Shown here: positions 12,561-24,539 of the stretch, piece after piece
Position numbering within the stretch: the stretch's first letter is position 1
Layout of the letters: the number at the start of each line of letters is the position of its first letter
Assembly: GCF_006345805.1 (NCBI RefSeq)
Contig: NC_043002.1
Coordinates: 115,568,001-115,632,000 of the forward strand
Reading direction: 5' to 3'
DNA: 64,000 nucleotides
Origin: Octopus sinensis
Lineage: Eukaryota
Notes under the pieces: model-generated
Told to the model about the DNA's origin: nothing
Database searches by the model: none
Seen by the model: the letters and a program-made list of their open reading frames with translations, nothing else
Position numbers and translations under genes: made by a program

Positions 12561-13041
12561 AGCCTTTTTAGATATTTCTCTGCTGAGAGGACAAGGAATT
12601 GTGGATTTCATCACATTTCAAAATTTTATAGCTTGGTATTGAGAAGAATCATTCTATTATTAAAATGTTGGCAGATATTATACCATATTATGAAAGTGCC
12701 TTATTGACTGAAGTCTGGAATAAACTTGAAGTTTAGTGTCGAGACTATCATTGATGAAAGCAAACCTATGATAAAATACTTAGCACAGCTACTATGAGAC
12801 ATCAATGGCTAGAATAACAATCAAAAAGCATGACTACCTCTTTGCATAGACCAAATATAGAATTGTTGGCCGAAATACCCAATCTACATATAGAGATGTT
12901 TGTGCTTAAATCCTTAGAGAAATGATCTGCTATCAAGGATAAAATATAGATATTTTGCTTTCAACTTAATTCCATTTGTTTGCTTGAAATCTGTAATGTT
13001 GTAGGTAAAGGAAACCCCAAGTTCAGATGCTCTAAAGATAA

Positions 13042-13403
13042 AGTAGCTTGCTTACGAACCTCATGGTTCCAGGTTCAGTCCCACTGCGTGGCACCTTGGG
13101 CAAGTGTCTTCTACTATAGCCTTGGGCCAACCAAAGCCTTGTGAATGGATTTGGTAGATGGAAACTGAAAGAAGCCCATCGTATATATATGTATATGTTT
13201 GTGTGTGTGTGTTTGTCCCCCCAACATCGCTTGACAACCAATGCTGGTGTGTTTACGTCCCCGTAACTTAGCAGTTTAGAAAAAGAGACCGTTAGAATAA
13301 GTACTAGGCTTACAAAGAATAAGTCCTGGGGTCAATTTGCTCGACTAAAGGTGGTGCTCCAGCATGGCCACAGTTAAATGACTGAAACAAGTAAAAGAGT
13401 AAA
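13042..13403 (+). mobile_element. SINE family A, slightly 5'-truncated
   Basis: Close match to the other family A copies. Confidence 0.9.
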
Positions 13404-14179
13404 TCTTAAATCATTTAAGCTATGCTGACAGATCTGAATGTTTGAAGAAGAAATACAGCTGTTCAATAAAAACATTAACCACACTGATATCACTGGTGTC
13501 AGGAAGCCTTCAGGGTCTCTGGGCCGAGTTTCTTCTTCCAAACTAACTGAAATAAATAAAGAAATCAAAGAAATTTTCAGAATATTTAAGATTTGTCTGA
13601 TTCTAAAACATTTTCTTTCCTTCTAATGAAACACCACCTGTGAATAAGAATATAATATTATTACCAGATAACATGCTCTATCAAATTGGTTTAACTTCTA
13701 GACTGACTGATGGGGATTTAAGCATGTATATATGTTAATTGTGGTCAATTTCAATGTGAAAAATACTCCTATTAATATAAAACTGTGATTATATGTTCCA
13801 GTTGTTCCACCTGACTGTGCTCAAAATAAAGATATGAGGACCATAGCTGTAACAAACACTCAAACATCTCATTCAACCAACTGTCATCGTGTCGTGTGTT
13901 TGCAAAACAACAGTTGGCTTCAACTTTGTTTTCAAAACAAAATTTAAAGGCCCAATGTTTAAAGCATCTAATTATGAAAGCAGTGACTATTAGAAATTTA
14001 TTTCAGTTGGTTGTTATTATTGTATAGCAACAGGTGTGCACTAGACCTAGTAGATATGAACCAAAATTGGTTGTTGCAAATACACAACACCTCCATCTGA
14101 CTAAGGACTACCCTGCACATTCTGACATATAGTAGTTAATCTTGTGGGTTGCAGTATCACATTCTGAACATTCTCTACC

Positions 14180-15900
14180 ATCTAGTCTATTTCTGGTTTT
14201 GTTTAGCTCCAGGTCAGCTAAAGAGGTTATTAATGCTGTGGCTGATATTTTTTGAGTGTATGTTCTGGTGTTGTAGATATCTGCTTATTTGGGGGTAATT
14301 GCATATGTAGTGGCAAGGACTGTGAGAGTTAAAGATTGCTGTAGCAACAAATGTCTGCTGTTTTGTGTTGTCTCATTTAAGGCTTTTGTAAGGTTTGAAA
14401 ATTGCAATGAATATTCTTCATGTTTTCAGTTTCTGGGAAATCAGCAGTTTTGATGTAGTAATAATAATAATAATAATAATCGTTTAATGTCCGTTTTCCA
14501 TGCTAGCATGGCTTGGACGGTTCGACTGGGGTCTGGGAAGCCAGGAGGCTGCACTAGGCTCCAGTCTGATCTGGCAGTGTTTCTACAGCTGGATGCCCTT
14601 CCTAACACCAACCACTCCATGAGTGTAGTGGATGCTTTTTACATGCCAGGGAAGGCTGGCAGCGGTCACGATAGGTTGGTGCTTTTTACATGCTACTGGC
14701 ACAGAAGCCAGTCAAGGTGGCGCTGGCATCGGCCACATTCGGATGGTGCTTTATACGTGCCACCGGCACAGGTATCACAACTACAGTTTACATTTGATTT
14801 TGATTTTGATGGTGATGTACTTGACTCAATAGGTCTCCCCAAGCACAGCAGGTCGCCCAACAATCCAAGGTAAGCACAGCAGGCTGTCCTGCAATCCAAG
14901 GTACTTTGGATGGGCTGGGGCTGCTATGTGAAGCTGGTGCAGGAAACAGCCATGAACTCACGTTATTTGTCGGGTCTTTGCAGTCACAGCATATCTCCAG
15001 AGATCTCGGTCTTTCGTCATTACCTCTGTGAGGCCCAACGTTCAAAGGTCATGCTTGACCACCTCATCCCATGTCTTCCTGGGTCTACCTCTACCCCGGA
15101 TTCCTTCAACTGTTTGGGAGTGGCACTTCTCACATCTCTCCTCATCCATCCGTAGTACATGACCATACCAATGCAAGCGTCTCTCTTGCACACCACATCC
15201 AATGTTTCTTATGTCCAGCATTTCTCTCAGGGCGTTACACTTTGTCATGTGTGCACACTGACATTACACATCCAGTGGATCATGCTAGCTTCATTTCTTT
15301 CAAGCCTACGCATGTCCTCTGTCATCACAGCCCATGTTTCACTACCATGTAGCATGGCAATGTTTTAAGTATATATTAATAATTTTGTCACTTAAGACTT
15401 TTCCGTATTTTAATTTCCTTTAGCTTTTCTGATATCTGATCAAAGGAAGATGTGAAGTTATTGTTTAAGAAGAAAGTTTATATCATGTATTTAGTGTTAG
15501 TCTTTTTCATGCAGTTTTTATAGATAATTTGCTAAGTGAATTTGCTTGTTCTTAAACAATGGGTACTTGTGATTGTTGTTATTACAGGTGTAGGTGTGAT
15601 GTGACCATTGTTGGAATTATTAAATATTTTGTGTAATGTTTTACTGCTTCTTTTGGATGTTAGAAATAAATGTTGGCCACTTTTTCTGACTTTCTTTTAT
15701 TCATTTTTTTAATATTATTTTCTTGTTTATTTACTTTATGCTAAATTTTATTTCTTCTGTTTGTAGTTTTAATCTTGTCTCTTGTTTTATCAGATTGTCT
15801 ATTTGTGTAATTGGGTTGTATTCTTTTATGTTGCCTTAAATGCTATGTATGTTCTTAATGGGGAATGGATATGTGCGTGACTTTTCTCATTAATAATTAA
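14180..15900 (-). pseudogene. old Penelope-like remnant interrupted by an RTE insertion
   Basis: Minus-strand pieces PLFKNKQI..FFLNNNFTSSF and ALNETTQNSRH resemble the PLE linker and endonuclease end. Confidence 0.35.
14460..15357 (-). mobile_element. 5'-truncated RTE LINE (family 1): ORF2 C-terminus, 3'UTR and (TTA)n tail
   Basis: ERRLHWYGHVLRMDEERCEK...GRGRPRKTWDEVVKHDL. Confidence 0.9.
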
Positions 15901-15902
15901 TA

Positions 15903-16482
15903 GGCTTAGGCATGGCTGTGTGGTAAAAAGCTTGTTTCTCAACTACATGGTTCCAAGATCAGTCTCACTGCATGGTACCTTGGGCAAGTGTCTTTTACAA
16001 TATCCCCAGCCCAGCTAAAACTTTGAGTGAATTTTGTAGGCAAAAACTGAAAGAAACCCTTCATATGTTTATGTAGTGTGTGTGTATATCATTCATTAAC
16101 AGTTGTGTAGGAGTGGCTGTTTGGTAAGTAGCTTGCTTATGAACCACATGGTTCTGAGTTCAGTCCCACTGCGTGGCACCTTGAGCAAGTGTCTTCTAAT
16201 ATAGCCTTGGGCTAACCAAAACCTTGTGAGTGGATTTGGTAGACGGAAACTGAAAGAAACCCATCGTGTGTGTGTGTGTGTTTGCGTGTCTGTGTTTGTC
16301 CCCCCAACATCGCTTGACAACTGATGCTGGTGTGTTTACATCCTTGTAACTTAGCGGTTCAGCAAAAGACACTGATAGAATAAGTACTAGGCTTACAAAG
16401 AATAAGGTTGATTTGCTCGACTAAAGGCGGTGCTCCAGCATAGCCACAGTCAAATGACTGAAACAAGTAAAAGAATAAAAGA
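15903..16482 (+). mobile_element. two tandem SINE family A copies (partial 15903-16085, full 16105-16482)
   Basis: Family A head, core and tail. Confidence 0.9.
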
Positions 16483-17412
16483 GTTGAATAACTGACTTTG
16501 ATAAATTGCAAAGTTTTCATGTTTTCATATTTGTTATGATTGTAGTTATAGCCAATGGCCTACTGGTTACAGTGTTGGGACTTGGATCTTAAGGTTGTGG
16601 GTTTGGTTCCTGGACTGGGCAACATATTATTCTCCTGAGCAAAGCATTTTATTTTCTGTTGTTTCAATCCAGTTAGTCATGAGTCCCAGCCTATTGCTGA
16701 TGCACCTCTTTCCTTCCAGCTGTCACATCCACAATGGTCTGCAGTGTTAAAGGTGAGAGAGAGAGAGAGAGAGAGAATGTCTATGTCTGCTTGCTACTAC
16801 ATATATACCTAAGACATTTATTAGAGAAATCAAGGTAAAAGCTACCAGTTTATGCTGTCTTGTGCGTGACAGCTAAGCTTTTTGTAGATAGTGAATTGGT
16901 AGAAACAACAACAGAGAGTTAGGCAATAGACCTAGCAGCATTTAGTGACAGGTCTTTACATTCTGATTTAAATTGTGCCAAGGTCAACTTTGCCTTTCAG
17001 CCTTTTGGACTTGATAAAATAAAGTACTGCCCAAGTACTATGGTCAATATGATCAGCTAAAATCATCCTCTCAAATTTGTTAGCCCTGAGCATAAAATAG
17101 AATTAGTTCATAATTAAGGAGACCCATAACCAAAAGTATCTCAGATGTGACCATCCTGTTACTTTGTGTTTCTGGAAATTTATTATGCAATATATTCTTT
17201 CATTTTTAAGACAACAGGATGCTATTTGAGAGAAATTTGGCTGTTATTTCTAGCTTAAAAACTAACCATATAGAGATACTTTATTGGCTCATTTTTATGT
17301 TGTTGTTTTTTAAATTCTGAAATTGAAAGAATCAATCACTTAAATAGTTAAACTTGCGTTCCTAACTTGTAGGTCTATGGATTACAGGGGTCAATGGATT
17401 TTGTTGAAAAGG

Positions 17413-17770
17413 AGGTGCAGGTTGAGTGGTTAAGTTTGCTTCCCAATTACATAGTTTTAGGTTCGATCCCACTGCATGACACCTTAGTCAGTTGTCTTCT
17501 ACTATAGCCCCAGGCCAACCAAAAGTTTGTGAGTGGATCTGGTAAATGAAAACCAAAAGAAGCCCATTGTGTGTGTGACTGTGTGTGTATGTTTGTGTTT
17601 CTTTGTTTTGATATTGCATGATAGTTGTAAATGATAGTCACTGTCATACAAGCAACGCCATTTATTTCCAATTTTCTGCAAGCCATGGGGAAAAAACTAC
17701 CGGGAGGGCATCTGGCCATAGAAAATTTACCTCAGAAAACTATATACAATCCATGCAAGCCATAATGATG
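17413..17770 (+). mobile_element. SINE family A variant with an RTE-1-derived tail
   Basis: Family A head, then gggcatctggccatagaaa...ccatgcaagc...atgatga. A similar variant lies at 32888-33335. Confidence 0.7.
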
Positions 17771-18138
17771 ATCTATCTATCTATTTATTTATCCATTCTA
17801 AATTCAAATTCCACTCAGGTCAACTTTGCCTTTCTTCCTTTCAGGTTCAATAAAATAAGTACCAGTTAAATACTGGGGTCAATGTAATTGACTGAGACCC
17901 TCTCCCAAAATTGCTGGCTTTGTGCCAAAATTTGAAATCAATATTTGTGTAAGTGTGTATATGTATACATCTATTGCCTACGTACATACATTAACTTACA
18001 TCAGTAATTGGTTCCATGACATGCAATTCAACCCCAAAATCAAGAAATTCGTTAAAAAGACTTCCAGCTACTATAAAATTCTAAACTAAACATTTAAATA
18101 AATATATGCAAAGATAAACACAAAGAACCAACAAATAC

Positions 18139-18679
18139 TTAACCCTTTGGCATTTAAACAGGCCATGTCTTCTAGCCCATATATTCTACCTATTTTATGT
18201 TCAAACTTAGCCTACAATGTCATTCTAAAAATAAGCAATCACATCAAAATCTCAAAGATATGGGATACTGCAACTGGCACTCATGCTGGTGGCATGCAAA
18301 AAGCACCTTTTGAGCGTTGGGCCTCACAGACGCAATGGCAAATGACCGAGACCTTTGGCAATATGCTGTGCTTGAGTAGAAGACCCATCAAGCCAAGTGA
18401 AATTGTAGTCATGGCAGATACTCATGTCACACAACTGGCACCCGTGCCAGTGGCACATAAAAGCACTCATTACACTCTTGGAGTGGTTGGTGTTAGGAAG
18501 GGCATCCAGCTGTAGAAACCATGCCAAATCAGACTGGAGTCGGTGCAGCCCTTTAGCTTGCCAGCACTGGTCAAGCAATCCAACCCATGCCAGCAAGAAC
18601 AATGGACATTAAAGGATGATGAGGAATAGAATAAATAAGCATGACTTTTGACTGAGTAATCTGAATGCTAAAAGGTTTA
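18139..18679. mobile_element. piggyBac-type MITE with a nested RTE 3' end (18268-18622 +)
   Basis: Imperfect TIRs ttaaccctttggcatt ... aatgctaaaaggttta, with TTAA at the left end. Confidence 0.65.
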
Positions 18680-18689
18680 GGTAAATGCT

Positions 18690-19140
18690 TGTGTCGTGAG
18701 GATGTTGATGTGTTCTGTCTCCAAATGCAGAAGTCAACAGCACCTCAGGCAGTGAAGATAGCTCTGTAAGTGTTTTGGCACCTTTTCACCTTGACACCAT
18801 CATTACCTGAGATAGGCAACAAAATTTCCACACACCAACACGAGCTTTGTTGAGTCAGGTGTTGCAACTCTGGGCCAGAGTTTGGTTTTACTGCACCACT
18901 CCTCCTCTCTCTTGAACCCTATGTAATGGATTACTTTCTCAGTGGCTTCTAACAGTTTTCTGGCAATGTCTTTTCTCTCCTTCATAGCTAGTCTAGTCCT
19001 CCTAAGTATCAACTGAACTCTGGGTCCTGTAAGTCCTCTAATACCTATCTCTAGAGGAAGGTATATTGCTTCTTATCCACTGTTTTCACAGATTTCAACC
19101 AACTCACTGTATTTCAGGTGCCCTATTCTTTCTCGGCTCA
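18690..19140 (-). pseudogene. HERO-like (R2 superfamily, restriction-like endonuclease) non-LTR retrotransposon 3' fragment
   Basis: KYSELVEICENSG*EAIYLPLEIGIRG...RKLLEATEKVIHYIGFKREEEW matches KY.ELV..C...GW....P.EVG.RG...EAAE.AS.W.W.KR...W. Confidence 0.75.
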
Positions 19141-19499
19141 AACTTGGAGTTTTCATTTCTAGTGTAGGGTTTCAATGTTTCTTATCATTATGCTACAGTT
19201 TTGTAAGCATTAGAAAACTATTACAGAGGTTAAGAACATTGAAACTAAGTGGCAGAAATCAATGAATAGAGGTCAGAGGAGAAACTGAATGAATGATCAG
19301 CAAGCACACTATAAAGCCACCACCACTTGCATGACTTATAGTTTCTGATTTTAGAATACCATTAATGGAACTTCACTTTGCTTCAAACATTTGGATCAAA
19401 CCTTCTGTTCCCTATTTTTGTAAATGGTTTCAAGTAGACATTGACCTATAGACATTAGTCACATCAGTCACTTCAACCAAAAATCATAGGTACTGACCC

Positions 19500-19878
19500 T
19501 TATCTTTTATGTGTTTCAGGCATTAGATTGCAACCATGTTGGGGGACTACTTTGAGGAATTTTAGTCAAACGAATCAACCCCAGTACTTACTTTTTGTAA
19601 AACCTGGTACTTATTCTGTTGGTCTCTTTTACAAAACTGCTAAGTTACAGGGATGTAAACATACCATCACCAGTTGTCAGCCACAAAGACACACACACAC
19701 ACAGATATATATATATATATACACACATACACACGATGTCTACCAAATCCACTCACAAGGCTTTGGTCATCCTGAGACTATAGTAGAAGACACTTGCCCA
19801 AGGTGCCATGCAGTGGGACTGAACCTGGAACCATGTGATTAGGTAGCAAACGTCTTACCACACAGCCATGCCTGCACC
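19500..19878 (-). mobile_element. SINE family A, older copy
   Basis: Family A sequence. Confidence 0.85.
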
Positions 19879-20479
19879 TAACTTATATATAAAAAAAAAT
19901 GTTTAACTTCTAAAATGGAACAAAGAATCAAAATTGAAGCATCGGTCACTTAGTTTTAAATAGGGATCTAAAGCTATACTAACATGGCTGCAAGTAAGAG
20001 CAGTAATATTTGATGAAGGTTTTATTATCTAGCCGTGCTAAGCTCAATGCTCTTGTAAGCATATCAATTGATGAGGAATGGATTGCACCAGGTCAATCTG
20101 TCCTGAAAAACCAAGCTTTTAATTAGGGATCTATATCTATTTATTGATAATTAAAATCTGTCACTTGGCAAAACATTGTTTAGCAAATTGATTAGGAATT
20201 AAAAATGCTTTTGTTCTTTCCCTTATAAAGAACATTGATAATGTAGATGTATGAGTATACCTTTAAGTATGCTAATTACAGTGCAACAGCTGACCCAGAT
20301 AGAGATAATGAATAAAACAGGGATTGTAAGGTGTATACAACTAAGCTGGCCTAACATACCAACTGCTTCAAATACAAGTCAATGAAGGAGCCTCTACGTT
20401 GTCACTTGAGCAGTTAGAGCTAGCAGCCAAATTCACTCAGATCAATAAAGAATGGTCACATTTGATGTGACCATTTGAT

Positions 20480-20675
20480 TGACATAGATATCATTAAAAA
20501 GGCAAGGTGGTCATGGCTGGAACGTCTTTGAATATAAATGCCCACGAATGTTGACAAACTTTGGTGAATATGTTGATGTGACATAGATATCATTAAAAAG
20601 GCAAGGTGGTCATGGCTGGAACGTCTTTGAATATAAATGCCCACGAATGTTGACAAACTTTGGTGAATATGTTGA
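20480..20675 (+). repeat. perfect tandem duplication, period 99 bp
   Basis: tgacatagatatcattaaaaaggc...ggtgaatatgttga occurs at 20480 and again at 20579. Confidence 0.95.
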
Positions 20676-20969
20676 CTTCTTCGTCCCAGTTTTGGAGGTG
20701 GGCAGCACGTCTATCATTGATATATGATGTAATTTTTAATTATTTTATCCAATGGACATGACTCAGGTTCTACTTCCTCAATAAATATTACATCATAAAT
20801 TCATCTTACTCATTTCCCAATTGCAAATAGCTTGTTATTTCTTCTTTTATGGGTAAAACATTTCCAAGAGTTTGTCAATATAATTCATAAACTGTTTTTA
20901 TCCTTTAGAATTTTTTTTTCTTTTTACCCAAAATAACCTAGTTTTCTAAAGGTTAAGTTGTGTAACAGA

Positions 20970-21785
20970 AAAAAAATCCGTATGACAGTTGTGCGAAAAG
21001 AGGGGAAACTAATTGTTTTATTGTGTTTATCTTTTACTCGTGGTCTCGTCCCCTATGCTATTGGTATGTAACTTTTTTTTTTCAGCTTTGCCTAGATCCT
21101 CTCAGAGAATATATTTGGTTCTCAACAAATATAAGAAAATTTCAGTCAAGCACACGATCATAACAGAAATTAGATATTTAAATTCAGTCATAGTAGGCTT
21201 TTTTTATTTTTCCCATTTTGCCATCCCTCTTATAGATGACCTGGAAAGAATTAACGGCGCAGGTTAGTTGGTTGTTACTGATTCAGTCACTTTCCCCACT
21301 TACTTAAGCACACACGCATACACACCTGTAGCATTGCAGACTGTTGACAAACTAGTCGTCATTCACATACCCGTTACACCCTCAAGGCTTACACATTATT
21401 CAAAACTGCAAAAACTAGCAAGAAATAAAGACAAAAAAGAAATATAAAAGAAAAAATTCGAGAAAACTAGAATCTAATTAAAACCTACGGCTGATGCTAA
21501 AGCGGACTAACAAGTTTGCAGTTTGCCACGTATTTTTACCGGCAACACGACTTTCAGACTTGTCACTTGACGATTTTAAATCCTTTGAATCTCATAATAG
21601 TTAAATATTTACCTTACAGCAGGTATAACAGTCATTTAAAAACTTATTCCCCAGCTCTTATATTAATATAATCTTGACTGAAACTTTTTCCTGGAAATAG
21701 TTAATTTATAAGGAATTCTATTTCCAATTGCTTCGATTCTTCTTCATTTGTTATTACTGGTGTTGTCAACTATTTCAAGTTGAAG
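20970..21785 (+). promoter_or_regulatory. putative promoter / 5'UTR of the orphan gene
   Basis: Repeat-free and CpG-retaining. Three TCAGTC initiator-like motifs (21142, 21184, 21283). Only one ATG (21494) between 21290 and the main start codon. Confidence 0.5.
21236..21262 (+). CDS. candidate 27-nt microexon
   Basis: Long pyrimidine tract ttttcccattttgccatccctcttatag|ATGACC...GCGCAG|gttagt. Reads MTWKELTAQ (phase 0) or DLERINGA (phase 1). Confidence 0.45.
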
Positions 21786-22412
21786 ATGTCTGAATATCGA
21801 CTGTCAGTTAATTTTGAACATAACCCACCACCAGAACCCATCGACAAAGATCGCCTTCAACGGATTAGACAACTGGAACGGCTTCGAGAAAGACGATTCC
21901 ACGATTCCCGGTCTGTAAGAAAGGTGGGTCCAAATGGAAAGTCTAGTTATTTAGATGACTATGGGAGACGATTGGAAAGTGACATGCAAACACTTAAAGA
22001 AATCAAAAAGAGCCGCGAACAGAGAGCAACTTCACCAGTTCCACGAGCATTGTCACCTCTTCCACCACTCTTCGATGTTAGCCCTGATACTTCCCCTAAA
22101 ATTCGACAAAATCTGTTTTTCGGAAATGAAGATTATACAAGGACTCGCATGGAAGAATTGAAGCGAATGAGAGATGAAAACGGACATAGCACCTTTTCAG
22201 CCACGGAAGGACTCAATACGGCTGTTGACAATCTTGAGCAAGTGAATGAGAGACTGAGCGCACTCAGGTTGAAGTCTTCGGCTCTACAGAAAGAAATTCA
22301 AGAAAAACAATCAAACAGCGAAAACAGCATTGAAGAAGAAAACTCTACTGAATCCTTTGCTATTCCAGATATAACAATTACCAACGAAGAAGCGGAGAAT
22401 GCTGAAGAATGA
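21786..22412 (+). CDS. uncharacterised 208-aa intrinsically disordered/coiled-coil protein with a PxIxIT motif
   Basis: Longest non-repeat ORF in the window. ATG context aagATGt. Natural, non-repetitive composition and many CpGs. R/E helix, SP cluster, coiled coil and acidic tail with PDITIT. No TE motifs. Confidence 0.85.
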   Translation: MSEYRLSVNFEHNPPPEPIDKDRLQRIRQLERLRERRFHDSRSVRKVGPNGKSSYLDDYGRRLESDMQTLKEIKKSREQRATSPVPRALSPLPPLFDVSPDTSPKIRQNLFFGNEDYTRTRMEELKRMRDENGHSTFSATEGLNTAVDNLEQVNERLSALRLKSSALQKEIQEKQSNSENSIEEENSTESFAIPDITITNEEAENAEE

Positions 22413-23519
22413 GTTTACAAGTTAATTAGAATGTTAATTGAAGCTGGAAGATTTCTTATCATCGACGGCAAATCTAGTTTTAACTCTGGCATTCACAGAC
22501 GTTTCATCATCAACAATCAACAGGAATGAGATTTGAATTTTCTTATTATTTCGAAAACAAATGTTTATCGTAAGGAATCAAAAGTTCATTGTTTGTCAAG
22601 TTAGTCTTAAAGTGTTATCTTCCAGATTTTAATTTGATGTGTCAAAGGTGAAGGAAGTTGTAATTGACAAAATATCATATATTGATTTGATTTTATACTT
22701 TACGTTATAACAAATATTATTTGGTTAAAACTAGAAATTGTATAAAAAAAAAACCATTCCCATATTGAGGAATATCAAAATATTACTTTTTTGTTGGTTT
22801 CATTAATTTGTTTTTGTTTATTTCGTTAATTTCGTAACGGGATTTTATTACAGTCTTTATAAACGATATAAACCTAAATGTCCAATACTGAAACCGATCC
22901 CTTGCATTTCTTTGTTGTTGCTATAATAATTATAAAGTTGTTATTATCATTTTTCTTTAAAATTGCCAAGATGCTTAATTAGTAACACGTATTACATTTG
23001 AAGTGTTTTGCTATGTTGAGAATTGAAATTATGTACACATGTGTTTGTCTTACCACTTTGCTTAGTTCCTCTTCCAGAAAACCAGAACATTCCTTAATCT
23101 ATTCAAATATCTACAACAAGACTTAGATTACTTTATTTTATTTTCATATACTTTGCTTATGGGAAAATTGTGCTGGTTTCATTTTGTAACCGACTACAGT
23201 TTTGTATGGTACGATATGATCAATACAAGTAAAGGCATTAACTGTTTTTGAACAACAGACAACTTGGAATAGATTTAAACAAACTCTCACAACCATACAT
23301 ACGTGTACAGGTGCGTGTGAGAGAGTGAGGGTATATGTGTTGGTGTATGGATATATGAATGTATATATGTATGTGTGTGTTTGTTTGTGTGTGTGTTAAG
23401 TGCATGTTTGTGTATGTATGTAAATAAAAAGTATGTACATCTGCGTACAAAAGTATACATATTTATATGTACATGCGTGTGAATTTAAATACATATATAT
23501 ATAAGTATACATACATACA

Positions 23520-23550
<31 letters not shown>

Positions 23551-23614
23551 TTATATATATGTACACTTGTATATACATTTACGTATATTTATAAATATAT
23601 TTATCATTCTTAAA

Positions 23615-23727
23615 CAAGAATCTTACTGACAGTAACTTCGAAGTATCGGCCAGCTAAGCCATCGTCGGGATGTCCGACGATGGCTCAAATTCCCGATACT
23701 TCGAAGTCACTGTTAATAGTAATCTTG
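23615..23727. other. CpG-rich imperfect palindrome (hairpin/cruciform)
   Basis: Perfect 12-bp inner stem agccatcgtcgg/ccgacgatggct, a 7x7 unpaired spacer, a perfect 15-bp stem acttcgaagtatcgg/ccgatacttcgaagt, and further outer pairing. Confidence 0.9.
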
Positions 23728-24539
23728 CATAGGAACAGTAAATTCGTTCCTTACAAAAGTATTGAGTACCCCCCATCAGATGAATGTAAAATTTGTTTTT
23801 ATTATAAGTGAACATAAAATCAAATATTAATATTTATAAGTATACATATATGTGTATGTAGCACTGTTTGGATATATATGTATAAATGCATGTGTATGTG
23901 TGTGCATATATATATATATACACACATACACACAGAGGTTGGTAGATAAATATATGTGTAAAACTATGTATATATGTATGTGTTTTATGTGTGTGTGTAT
24001 ATATACACAGGAACATATGTATATATGTGTATGCAGATATGTACATGCACACACACATATATATACAAATATATATTTACACACATGAACATGTATGTGT
24101 CTGTACATGTTTGTATGTATGTAAATTTATATGTATGTGTGTGTGTGTGTGTGCGTGTATACATTCATAGACCACAGTGTTCCAAAGTCCACTTTTGTCT
24201 AATGAAAAATTGCCTAAAACTCAGAATAACAGGTTATGAAGTTTATCAGCTTCAATAAAGCATTACATTCTATTGTTTATTTGGTGTTTGAGTGCTCTTT
24301 TCTCCACCTTGTTTTGCACATTTTTGTTCACATATATGAACATACATACATATACTGTATGTATGTATGAGTGTGTATACAAACACGAGGGCCTTCTTTC
24401 CATTTCCGTATCCCCAACCACTCATAAGGCCTTGGTAGAAGACAGTCACACTTAAGGTGTCATACAGAAGGACTGAACTTGGATTTTTACAGCAAACTTC
24501 TTGGCCTCACAAATATGCTTAATCTGTCCCACACACATA

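Noticed and set aside
21013-21267. 84-aa ORF with an HhH-like DDLERINGAG end
   Set aside because: TTG start, runs through pyrimidine tracts; the resemblance is too short.
23238-24455. Many 60-100 aa ORFs rich in YI/CV/HT (also at 1.8-2.1, 28, 33 and 57 kb)
   Set aside because: Translations of (TA)n, (TG)n and (CA)n microsatellites.
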